Shown here in pieces: positions 13,520-25,122 of a stretch of 64,000 nucleotides of DNA (positions within the stretch are counted from its first letter, which is position 1; every line of letters begins with the position of its first letter). The stretch comes from Octopus sinensis. Its lineage: Eukaryota. The notes under the pieces were generated by a model. That model worked only from the letters and a program-made list of their open reading frames with translations. It did no database searches and was not told the origin of the DNA. The DNA lies in the NCBI RefSeq assembly GCF_006345805.1, contig NC_042998.1:11780001-11844000 (forward strand), written 5' to 3'. The position numbers were made by a program, and so were the translations under genes.

Positions 13520-13690
13520 ACATGAATTTTGGTATTTGTTCCGGCTTTTACGTTCTGAGTTCAAATTCTACCGATGGTGACTGTGTCTTTCATCCCTTTG
13601 GGGCTGATTAGATGAAGTACAAGTCAAGTAGTGGAGTCGATTTAATGGACTGCATCCTTCCATTTATATTTCAGGCCTTCTATATAAAGG
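13520..13690 (+). mobile_element. Old SINE family B fragment
   Basis: cgttctgagttcaaattc...ctttcatccctttgggg...gtcgatttaat. Confidence 0.7.
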
Positions 13691-14069
13691 AATTTTAACC
13701 TGAACAATAGTCCAAAACCAAAACGGCTTCTCTACTCAGGGCTTGTATAAATTATTGAAGGTCAGCTTTTGCATCAAAGAGAACATCTGTCATTACTCAA
13801 AGTAAAAGATATTCGTACCTGTAAAATTAGCTATCGAAGTAAACTTCAGGTACAGTGTATTTGTCAATGTACAAGGTGTGTCGAATGACCCCCACGATAT
13901 CACCGAAGTTTTACAGCTCTAGAGACTTCCAAACATATCTAGAATAAAACATCGTATACGAAACAAACTCGGTGTCATTTCATTTGAGACTTGAAAGGAT
14001 TTAAGGGATAGTATTTCTACAGGCTCATACATGTAAAACGTATAAATTTCGGTGTCTACAGTATAATTG

Positions 14070-14359
14070 GGAATACAGTAAAAGAGGGAATACAAAAGAG
14101 TGACAGAGAGAGAGAGGAGAAATGGAAAGAAAGGAAGAGACGTAAACAAGAGACTATGGCACTACAACCAGCCAGGAAAAGTCTTCGCTACATTTGCGGT
14201 ACCTGCCAGAGGGAGTGTTTGTCCAGGATAGGACTACACAGCCACAGCAGGAAATGTATCAGGACATGAAATATAAAAGCCGGACTAGACTACAAAAAAA
14301 AAAAAAAGTAAACATGCGCAACTCCATTGTCTCCCGAGACAGAAAGGATGCCAATACAA
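14070..14359 (+). mobile_element. 5'-truncated RTE/BovB-like LINE 3' end with 13-bp TSD
   Basis: Encodes a C-terminal zinc finger YICGTCQRECLSRIGLHSHSRKC. Tail ccattgtctcccgagacagaaaggatgccaa. TSD tacagtataattg at 14057-14069 and 14360-14372. Confidence 0.85.
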
Positions 14360-14685
14360 TACAGTATAATTGATTATTCTGTATATGACTGACATTTATT
14401 TTAATTATACTAAAAGGAACTAATTAACTACAGTGAGTAAATAAAAATAACTTATATGACAAGACATGACCATGCTCTACTACTGTTTCAATAATATTAA
14501 TAATCGTTTCTAATATAGGCACAAGGTCACTAATTTGGTTGAGTGGGTGGCGGTGATTGTACTATTCAAGATCTCGAAAGACGTATGATCGGAGATAGTA
14601 ATGAAATTAAAGTAGTGGCAAACGAAAATAAAAACAAACCGACGCATCTCTGTGCGTGTGTGTAAGTTTAAGTCTTTTGGCAACT

Positions 14686-14765
14686 GGAGATAAGGTCGGG
14701 CAATTGTCGTGCTGATGAAGGTTATTGTGTCAGAAACATGTGTCTACAACTATCCTCTTATCTCT
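14686..14765 (+). ncRNA. Type I hammerhead ribozyme motif with intact core and long stem I
   Basis: GGAGAUAAG...GUCGUG-CUGAUGA-(weak stem II)-GAAAC-AUGU-GUC-UACAAC...CUUAUCUCU. Confidence 0.65.
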
Positions 14766-14960
14766 AGGCAACAAGCCTATCTCTCTCTCTCTTTCCTTAA
14801 GCGCATTTCAGTTTTGCAAAATTTTTGAATCTTGAGATTATCTGGCCTTCTCAAGTGGAGCTAGTCATAATTGCTACTTGGTAATTATGATACATTCTCT
14901 AGAGGTGGAGAGAATTTTAATAAATCAAGAATCTTTGTTGTTTGGTATTTGACACGCCTG

Positions 14961-15091
<131 letters not shown>

Positions 15092-15100
15092 TATCAATCT

Positions 15101-15908
15101 ATGTTTCTTTATTAGCCACACAGGGCTGCACACAGATAGAACAAATTACAAGGTAGAGCTTTTCTTTTGAAGGTTTAAAAAAAAAAAAAAAAAAATGATA
15201 AAATAACAAATAAAATAAAATAAAAAAGGGGGGTCGATCAAAAGGGATCGTAAAAGGAGAGAAAGAGGACAAAAAAGGGTGGGGTTTAAAAAAAAAAGGG
15301 GGAGAGGAAAAAAATTGATCAATAGGGATCGTTATCACAGAAATGTCAATATGAAGTGTAAAGGGGAGGACAGGTGAGGTTTACCCGTGGAAAGAAAAGC
15401 CTACGGAAAAGACCACGGTAACCTCGGTCAATGAAGTCACATGTTATATTTCTTTTTTTTTTTTTTTTTGCAAATAAGCAACTCTCTGTATTAATTTTTA
15501 CGGTTCATAGAATCATAGTCAAGGTGGCTTCGTCATTCATACGTGCCATCCTTGCTACATTCACCCATCTTTTTTTAAAACATTCACTAGACAAAACTTG
15601 CCTCTCTACTCTCACTTTTTTCTTCAAGTGATACTTGAAGAAGTTGATGAGAGATTGACCAGAGAGGAAAGTGTTTGTCTCTAATCCTTTCAGACGCGTC
15701 CACCAGATACATTCTTTCGCCATAGCCACAAGTATGATAAAAATAGCTCTTCCTTCCAGTTTGAAGGAAGGAGGCGTGACGATATTAACGATAGACTCGG
15801 CTGATAAACCGACACGTCCCACACGTGACAGCAGTCGTTCGACATAAGCCCACAGGTGGGAAATTGCTGGACACTGCACGATTGCGTGCAGAGCGGTTTC
15901 GTCGCTCA
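15101..15908 (-). mobile_element. 5'-truncated Tx1/L1-like LINE (ORF2 C-terminus 15505-15909 plus 3' UTR)
   Basis: Zinc-knuckle remnant ETALHAIVQCPAISHLW and IWWTR motif; T-rich 3' UTR ending AATAAAGAAACA directly into (TAGA)n. Confidence 0.85.
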
Positions 15909-15910
15909 AT

Positions 15911-16025
15911 CTATGTATGTATGTATGTATGTATGTATGTATGTATGTATGTATGTATGTATGTATGTATCTATCTATCTATCTATCTATCTATCTACCT
16001 ATCTATCTATCTATCTATCTCTCTC

Positions 16026-16100
<75 letters not shown>
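15911..16100. repeat. (ATGT)n then (CTAT)n microsatellite
   Basis: Direct inspection. Confidence 0.97.
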
Positions 16101-16101
<1 letters not shown>

Positions 16102-17525
16102 CATGTATGTGTGTGAATGTGAGTGTGTGAGTAATTGAAACTGAATGTTTATCTCACGAGATTAGACTTTTGCCACTGCGGTCTTCAGCATGTATATGTG
16201 TTTATGCACAAAAAACATTCACGCAGCAGGTGACAGAGAGAACGAGTGAGAGAAAATAATAGAAACTAACAAGCGAACTCTTTGAGCTAATTCAATTCAT
16301 TTACCAGTTAATAAATGTTTATGCTCAACTGAATGTTTCGTGTAACCTGGATGTGTACTCTATAATATCTGCTTGTAATTTGAAATGCTCTTAGCCTCTC
16401 GCATTAATATCTTCTTAAATTCACAGATTGGTCTTCGAATATACAATTTACTTCAAACTAATTTATATAGTTCACTCTGTTGAAAACAACATTACATATC
16501 TGAATGGATAGTTAACCTCCTCTAGCTTTCCTACATGAATTTAGTTTGTAATATTGGATTGATAAGCATATTTTGTTTTAAAGTTTACGTACGGATATTA
16601 ACTTGTCACAAATTACGTTGTTTTATGCGTTGCTTTATGTGCTGTTTCGGCTTTTTAGCTCTTGCTATTTTCCATTTGGTTATTTGAGTCGATGTTTAAC
16701 GGCAATGTTTATTCATTGAAATTATAGGATTAACGGTTACGTTTATATATTCATGACAGCTAATTCAGAAATGGGGAAGATGGGGGAAGAGAAACGGTTC
16801 CTGCGTTAACAGAAAATGGTGAAAAGAGAGCTGGATTGTGGGTAGTGGCGTAGTTAGTATTTTTCTCAGTGGCTGGGGGTAAAGACAATTTTGTAGCTCT
16901 TACATTTTAATTAACAGGCATGATACACAAGAGAAAACTATAAGTCTTGACCTAATGCCCCATTCATCAGCTGTTAAGCATAAAGGGGTTGGGGGATTGC
17001 GGAGCCCACCACCTGCGAGACCTTGCATAACTTAAGCTAAGTTCATTCTGCAAGACCTTCTACTTCCAAAAATTTTGTCTTCTGGTTCCTTGCCGAATGT
17101 TTCTCACAACTTTACATAATCTTCCTTTCCACATTCTCTTCACAAAGATCACATTTGTTAGGGCCAACCTTGCAGAAATTTACCACATTAACATCCCGTT
17201 TAATCCCCTAATTCCTATTGTCTCAAGCTTTATGAAGACATACAGTTAGTGATCATGTGTGAAAATCACTCTGACTAACCTAATCAGAGAAGTTGACCAG
17301 CTATGATTATAAATTTCCCATCCTTCTCACTCAATGTGTTCCTTAGTTTGCAGAAAAAACAAAGCAGGAGTACACGAAACAGGAGTACGCAATACAATAT
17401 TCCTTTAACTCCGCAAGGAAGAAATCAGAAATGTTGGTATGTTTCAAACAGCGTTCCCAAGCATTTTCAATGGGTTTTTGTTTTTACGATATTAACTCAA
17501 ATCTTTAATTCTCTGAACATATTCA

Positions 17526-17915
17526 GGCGCAGGAGTGGCTGTGTGGTAAGTAGCTTGCTAACCAACCACATGGTTCCGGGTTCAGTCCCACTGCGTGGCA
17601 TCTTGGGCAAGTGTATTCTGCTATAGCCCCGGGCCGACCAATGCCTTGTGAGTGGATTTGGTAGACGGAAACTGAAAGAAGCCTGTCGTATATATGTATA
17701 TATATATATATATGTGTGTGTGTGTCTGTGTTTGTCCCCCTAGCGTTGCTTGACAGCCGATGCTGGTGTGTTTATGTCCCCGTCACTTAGCGGTTCGGCA
17801 AAAGAGACCGATAAAATAAGTACTGGTCTTACAAAAGAATAAGTCCCGGGGTCGAGTTGCTCGATTAAAGGCGGTGCTCCAGCATGGCCGCAGTCAAATG
17901 ACTGAAACAAGTAAA
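17526..17915 (+). mobile_element. SINE family A, full length
   Basis: A box TGGCTGTGTGG, B box GGTTCAGTCCC, CORE-like CTTGGGCAAGT segment, internal (TA)(TG) tract, conserved tail. Confidence 0.95.
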
Positions 17916-18126
17916 TGAAAAAGAAACATGATTATGGATCATTGCATTTGTTCCCATATCTAGAAGCTACCCTTTCCAAGCACTTCAATTTCTCCTTCTC
18001 CATCTGTCTCTCTCACTCCTACTCCCACTCTCTTCCTCTCTCCCTTCTTCTCTCCCTCCCTTCCTCCATCTCTCTCTCTCTCTCTCTCCACCTATCTCTG
18101 CCACTGTGAATGCTCTACAATATGTA

Positions 18127-18525
18127 TACTCCTTTACTCCTTTACTTGTTTCAGTCATTTGACTGCGGCCATGCTGGAGCACCGCCTTTAATCGAGCAAC
18201 TCGACCCGGGGACTTATTCTTTTGTAAGCCCAGTACTTATTCTATCGGTCTCTTTTGCCGAACCGCTAAGTATCGGGGACATAAACACACCAGCATCGGT
18301 TGTCAAGCAATGCTAGGGGACAAACACAGACACACAAACACACACGCATATATACATATATACGACGGGCTTCTTTCAGTTTCCGTCTACCAAATCCACT
18401 CACAAGTCATTGGTCGGCCCGGGGCTATAGTAGAAGACACTTGCCCAAGATGCCACGCAGTGGGACTGAACCCAGAACCATGTGGTTGGTTAGCAAGCTA
18501 CTTACCACACAGCCACTCCTGCACC
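18127..18525 (-). mobile_element. SINE family A, full length, inverted relative to the 17526 copy
   Basis: Reverse-complement match over the entire length. Confidence 0.95.
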
Positions 18526-19802
18526 TATATATTTCACAAAGAGCAAATTTTCAGACTTTCAGTTACGTATTCATAAGAAAAACTTTTGGATGATAACTCA
18601 ACCAGCTAGAAATAGCTGTCAAATCTTCTCCAACTGTGGTAGAAAAGTAGGCGACATGCTGAAAAAAACCCCCAAAACGAGATACATACGGTAGAGTAAT
18701 ATATCGTATTTTGTTCAATTAGATTTGAACTAGGGCGAAATATCAAGAACAACAAAATACGATTCAGTGAATCGTCAAAGATTTATTCACGATCACGCTT
18801 CAAGCTGCAGATTAGAGATATATACTTTCCTCTCTCTCTCTCTGTTTCTTTCTCTCTCTCTCACTCTTTGTTGTGCATGTGACTTTGCCATAGTTACGAG
18901 TTGATGCAATCCTTTTGAAGGAAACTGGGTTGACGGAAATTGTGTGGAAGCCTGTCGGATGTACTTGTATTGGTAATTAATTTAAAATTCCAGCCTCGTT
19001 ACGCTGATTTGCCTTGTGAATCACACAAAGAGTCCGAATGTCGGCAGAATACTCAGCGACTTACACGCTAATTAAACGAATCTGATGTTCAGCCGATCGA
19101 ACAATTGAAAAGCCGAAAGTAAAGGCGGATCCATTTTCCTTCTTAGCTTAACACGTTAAAATAACAAATGTTTTGGATCAAATCGCTAACAGAAATGAGC
19201 AGAACAGACGACACATTAATAGAATGACACGAGAAGTAACGGCCAGATTGTGAATTGTGTTTGTCTTTCAAGTTGTGAACTTTTGGCATATCATTTTTGT
19301 TCATTTGATGAAAAGCATAAAAAAGATATGTTACGAAAACATGGTGTCATAAGGAAGCATATGTATACTTATTTGTATATGCGTATGAGTGTATATATCT
19401 AAGTGTGTTTGTGTACGTATATATATATATATATTTTATTCATATATATGTATATATAATATATATACATATTTTTTTATGATTTATTACCAATGGTTGG
19501 CATGCATAAATAAATTCATAACACACAACATTTATATGAAATGTAAGAGTGCATAAAATATTGGTTTGGGTTCTAACTGGCCTATTTAGTATGTAAGGAG
19601 TCCTGTCAATGGTCTCCTCTCTGTGTGTAAAAATACTTTATGCACTTTATATTTTTGAGAAAGTATATGTATATATATGTATATGTACATGTGTGTATGT
19701 ATATATATATATATATGTATATGTACATGTGTGTATGTATATGTATATATATGGATAAATGTATACATACATACATACATACATACATACACACACACAC
19801 AT

Positions 19803-19852
<50 letters not shown>

Positions 19853-19856
<4 letters not shown>

Positions 19857-20999
19857 TTTGCTACCAGTGGTCTAGCGAGAAGAAGAAACTAGTCAATAGA
19901 CTAAATATTATTCATTTAAAAAATGCACTGTATTTTTATATATATTATATATATATATATATATTTTTCTCTAGTTTCAGCTCAGAGCTGCGGCCATGCT
20001 GATGCGCCGCCGTTTTGCGCTACACTGTTATTACGAAGAACCTCGTCTAATATGTGGCACTTGGTGAAGAATGGAGTTTGATATAGCTACTCTCATTTGC
20101 ACCTCTTGCCGTGAGGTAGGTTCATCTGGGACTCTCGACAGGAAGATGTCCAGCTTTGATTTAAAAACTGCTACATCTACTTTCTGCAAGTTCCTCAGAC
20201 TCTTTGGGAGAATATTAAAAAGCTGTGGGCCCTTGAAACCCAGGCTGTTGCAGAAGCTGGTCCTGAAGCGTGATGGCATTGCTAGGATTTTTGGAACTAT
20301 GCAGTGTCGTCCCGTTCTAGCATTGGTGTAGCTTACAATGCCAACATTTGGCACAATTCCTTCCAGGATCTTCCAGACATATATTACTGCATACCTCTCC
20401 TGTCTTCTCTCCAGGGAGTAGAGTCTTAGCTGTTTCAACCTTTCCCAGTAGCAGAGCTGTTGCAAAGAGACGATCTTCTTTGTTAATCTTCTCTGGATTG
20501 CTTCAAGGTCCGCTGTTAATTTCACACTGGTGGGTGACCATAGCTGTGAGCAGTAATCCAGGCGGCTGAGGACGAATGTCCGCCAGAGGACCATCATGGT
20601 TTCCTTATCTCTGGTTCTGAATGTTCTAAGGATCCTCCCAGCCAGTCGTCTGCACTTTTTCGCCATCCTGGTAATGTGCACTTGGAAAGAGGTGTCATCA
20701 CTCATGTCGATACCCAGGTCCCTCACAGAATTAGGCTCTGGGATTGAAATTCCCTGTGGACCGGTGTATCCTGTAAGTTTAATATTCAGTTTTGGATGCT
20801 GGTAGCGCAGGGCCTGGAATTTTTCAGCATTAAACAGCATATTATTATCCTCAGCCCATCTGTAGATTGAGTCCAACTCCTGCTGCAGGTGTGCAAAATC
20901 GCTGGGGTTCTGTATTTTCTGCGAGACTTTCGTATCGTCTGCATAGCTGGCCAGAGTGGCTATATATAAAATATATATATATATATATATATAATATAT

Positions 21000-21045
<46 letters not shown>

Positions 21046-21132
21046 TATAAAAATACACTGCATTTTTATATGAATAATATTTAGTCTATTGACTAGTTTC
21101 TTCTTCTCGCTAGACCACTGGTAGCAAAGAAT
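19853..21132. repeat. About 93-bp inverted repeat pair (19853-19946 / 21040-21132) bracketing a LINE fragment
   Basis: attctttgctaccagtggtctagcgagaagaagaaactagtcaatagac... and its near-exact reverse complement. Confidence 0.9.
19964..20960 (-). mobile_element. 5'-truncated CR1-group LINE: open RT C-terminal frame (about 20960 to 20031) and 3' tail
   Basis: SYADDTK, VRDLGI, SRLDYCSQLWSP and YWERLKQLRLYSLERRQER motifs, with no internal stops. Confidence 0.92.
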
Positions 21133-21174
21133 TTTTTTACATTTTTTTGCTACCTCAAGATTTATTAATTAATT

Positions 21175-21177
<3 letters not shown>

Positions 21178-21221
<44 letters not shown>

Positions 21222-21238
21222 ACAGACACACAGACACA

Positions 21239-21299
<61 letters not shown>

Positions 21300-21442
21300 G
21301 CATATATATATATATATATATGTATGTATGTCTGTATATCTACGTATGTATATATGTATATGTATGTATATATATGTATGTATGCGTATGTGTATATTTA
21401 TGTATGTATATATATATGTATATATATATATATATATATATA
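21178..21442. repeat. (CA)n/(TA)n compound microsatellite
   Basis: Direct inspection. Confidence 0.95.
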
Positions 21443-23388
21443 GTAGAAATATGTTGCAAAAAGAAAATATAAAATACACGTGGAATTGTAAGGGGAAATA
21501 AGAAAAATCAACGAAAATGCACATTGCAAATAAAAAAAGAAGAGGCTTTTTATGAAAGGTAATGACATATATATACATTTTGATGGACTGAGGTAGTAAT
21601 AAAGTCATAAAAGTCATTATTATGAGATGATTAAAAAGTCAGAAAGCAAAGCAACAATGGTTTCGTCATAAGCTATTCATTGCTTTGAATAAACACCGGC
21701 TAATGAACGGCGTCAGGTCTAATAGTTCCTGAGTAAAAATATTATTTGTAAGGGAGGTAAGTAGTTCTGGATTTAGTGCAGTTGTGTTAGATATAGAACT
21801 GTAATGTGAATGGTGTAGGGAGTGTATAGGGGTTAGTGGTGTACTGTATCAAGTTGTGTGTTCATATTTAGTTGGGCAAGATATTTATTGATGAAAATTG
21901 CCTCTTTATTCAACCTTTGTTGCATTGTGGTGTTCTGTGAACAATGATGGAAGGTGAAGATTTGGAAATTAGGATTAAGATTCCTGGCACACCTCTCTAT
22001 GTGTTTACTAACCTGTAACTGTCTGTATTGTGGGTGGCGGATTTGCTCTTTGTGGATGGTGGTTCTTCGACGGAGTGATATTCCTGTTTGTCCAATATAG
22101 TGGTTACCACATCCTAAGCATGTCATGACATAGATTAGATTTTCCCAGGCGCAGGTAAAATTTGATTTGATCTTAAATATTTCTCCTTGTCTGAAGTGAA
22201 ATTCTGAACCCTCCAAAATGTGGTGGCATGTTCCACAGTTAGGACGACCACATGTTTTCAGTTTTGGCTCTGTTGTTAGTGGATATAGTCTTGTGCTGGT
22301 TAATATTTCTTTCAGTGACTTCGGTTGCTTTTTATAATTTTGTATGAGCTTAAAATTTCGTTCATTATTTTGTCTGCTGTGAGGATGGGAAGATTTGGGG
22401 TGATAATGTTGAAGGCTTCGTTGTTTCTAGGGTTATGTGTGAAAATGTACGGGAGTATTTTAAAGTCTGGTTTAGCATTTCGGCTAGTTTTCCTTGATAT
22501 TTGTATATCTATTCCTTAGCTCTTTTAATGCCTTCATTTATTAATGAGATTGGGTAATGTCTTTTAGTTAGTGTTGATCTAAGTTCATGGAGTCTTTGTT
22601 CACGAGTATATGTATCCGAAACTATGGTACAGATTCTTTTCGCTAGATTAAAATGTATATTAATTTCTATGTGTTTGGGGGTGGCAAAGATGTCTGTTTC
22701 TATGTCGTTGGTAACTATTTTAATTAACATGTCTAGAAAAGGGAGTTGTTTACTATTGTGTTCCATAGTGAATTGTATATTGCTATGTATGTTGTAAAGC
22801 ATTATTTTGAAATCAAGGAGTTTGTCCATGCTGTCTTTCCAAAGTATAAAGCAATCATCCAAATATCTCTTCCAGTTCTCTTTTAAGTAGCAATTAAAAG
22901 AGGCGCCATATTTTTCTAGTGATTATTGGTATAACTATAAGTTCTAAGTAACCCATTACAAGGTTTGCAATCACTGGAGCAGCTCTGGTTCCCATTGCAA
23001 TTCCACATTTTTGTCGATAGTAAGTTGTATCGAACATGAAATAATTGTTCAGCAAGATGAATTTGAGTGCTTCGATTATAACACTGTGGTTAATGCGTCC
23101 TGGGATCTCTTCTGGGTATTTTTCTAGCCAGAATGTAATTGCTTCTATACCATAGTCGCGTGAGATATTGGTGTACAGATTCACCACATCGAACGATACC
23201 AGCAGGGTTCCTTCCTTTACTGTCTTCGGGAGGTGGTTCAGCATGTCTAGGTCATCCCTGATAAAGCTTTTCACATATTTTAAAAAAGGTTTGAGTAATA
23301 TGTCGAGGAAGTTGCTCAAACGGTGGGTTTCACAAGAAGGGCCAGCTATGATGGATCTGAGTTTGAGGTCAGTACTCTCTATCTAAAG
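21443..23388 (-). mobile_element. Penelope-like element, Neptune-type (RT, Cys linker, GIY-YIG), 5'-truncated and disrupted
   Basis: LVSFDVVNLYTNI, GIAMGTRAAP, RYLDDCF, LPFLD; linker CGRPNCGTC; NLIYVMTCLGCGNHYIGQTG. (TA)n on both flanks. Confidence 0.92.
21653..21716 (-). ncRNA. Hammerhead-like motif in the PLE 3' region with extended stem II
   Basis: CUGACGC (A9C), GUUCAUUAGC...UAUUCA-AAGCAA-UGAAUA-GCUUAUGAC, GAAAC-CAUU-GUU. Confidence 0.5.
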
Positions 23389-23739
23389 ATATATATATAT
23401 ATCATAAACATTTATATTATTAAAAATGTGTGCATTGGCTCACATATGTGAAGGTGTGTATATGTATGTATTAGTATATATATGTCTGTATATGTATATA
23501 TGTACGTGTGGATATCTAAGTGCACGTCTGAGCGTGAGTGAATATGTGTCGATATGTCTATGTATGTGAGTGAATGAATACGTGTGGTATACGTGAAGAT
23601 ACACCGTGATTACCTTGTTATATTTGTTGTTTTATGACTCGTTGTTCGTATATGGGACATTTCGTTTGTGTTTGTATTACTTGGGTTTTTGTTTTATGTA
23701 TTTAAATGGTTTTTCCGCAGTCCGTATCATTTGTTCCGC

Positions 23740-23972
23740 AGTCTTTAAAATAATTTGGTCGGAAAAAAATATGAATTCTGTAGACAAGATCAGAACAGTA
23801 CTTGAGGAGTTTTTTCGTTACGGACAAGTAAATTTTGGAAAGGGGCTTTGCAAGTCTACCAGACAGATGGAAGTGTATTGTAGAAAATGAATTGAAGGAG
23901 AGTATATTTTAGATTAAAAAAGAACTTTATCTTAATTTTGGAAAATAAAAACCGCATTATTTATAGGATGAC
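23740..23972 (+). mobile_element. Mariner 3' fragment (same family as 46778-48014)
   Basis: aaaaaatatgaattctgtagac.agatcagaacagtact...gagtatattttagattaaaa shared with 47790-47960. Confidence 0.85.
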
Positions 23973-24958
23973 TACATATATATACATATATAAATACATG
24001 CATGCATACATACGTACACACAAACACACACACATATATATATATATACATATGCAAACAATACACGTATGTATGTGTGTGTATGTAATTACAGATATAT
24101 GATAGAATGCGGATGAAAATATTTTATTTTAAAGAAATAATAGATAGGAATCTTTCATGTTTTAAATAGTTTTTACAATGAGGTCCCTAAACATGCGAAA
24201 CAATATAAGCTGAGCACATATAGTTAAACTTTCTCTACATTTAAGAACGTACAAGTAAACCTTCCGCCTTGCTGCTTAGGACACATACTTTTGTGCATAT
24301 TTTTATATTCAGATCGTTTTCTAATTTGAAAATAGAAGAATGTAGCGACATTTGAAATCAGTTTGAAGGAAAAAAATAGTTGCCACACATTTTGTAGTAA
24401 TAAAAAAAAAAACACCAGCATTTAATTGGTAAATCTCATTGATTTGTCTTTTGCAATCTATACGGGTGGACAGAGGGTTGAAAACATAAGAATGAATTAG
24501 CTGTAGTTTGAAAACGCATGGCCCTATTTGATTGTGTGCCTGTTTGTGTGCGCGGGCAATGATGTCTCTGTTGGTAAATAGCTATGTAAGTGAATAAGCG
24601 TTTATACATATATGTAAAGCTATGAGGTAAGAAGATAATGAATTTTATTGGTTTCCTGCTCTGTTTATAGATTTTTGTTTTCCCGTCTTTATGAATACGT
24701 TATAAATGACTTGATACCGTGCAAGTGCCTGTTCATATCATACACTATTATACTTATATATTGTTCGACATGCTTTGACTATCGGTATCGCCTCAAAAAC
24801 CTCAAATCGTATTTTCTCCAACTCCAGTGTGAGCGATGCATATACCTCCCTCCGTCCCTCCGTCCTTCCCTACCTACCTACCTACCTACCTACCTACCTA
24901 CTTACATACATACCTACCTACCTACCTACATACATACATACATACACACATACATACA

Positions 24959-24994
<36 letters not shown>

Positions 24995-25122
24995 TATACA
25001 TACAGACACACACACGAACACACATATAAATAAATATATACATTTACACACATGTATATATGCGTATGTATTTATACATGTGTGTGTGTGTGTACATATA
25101 CATACACACACACACATATATA

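Noticed and set aside
17526-17595. tRNA-like A and B boxes
   Set aside because: SINE head; no complete cloverleaf, so not called a tRNA gene.
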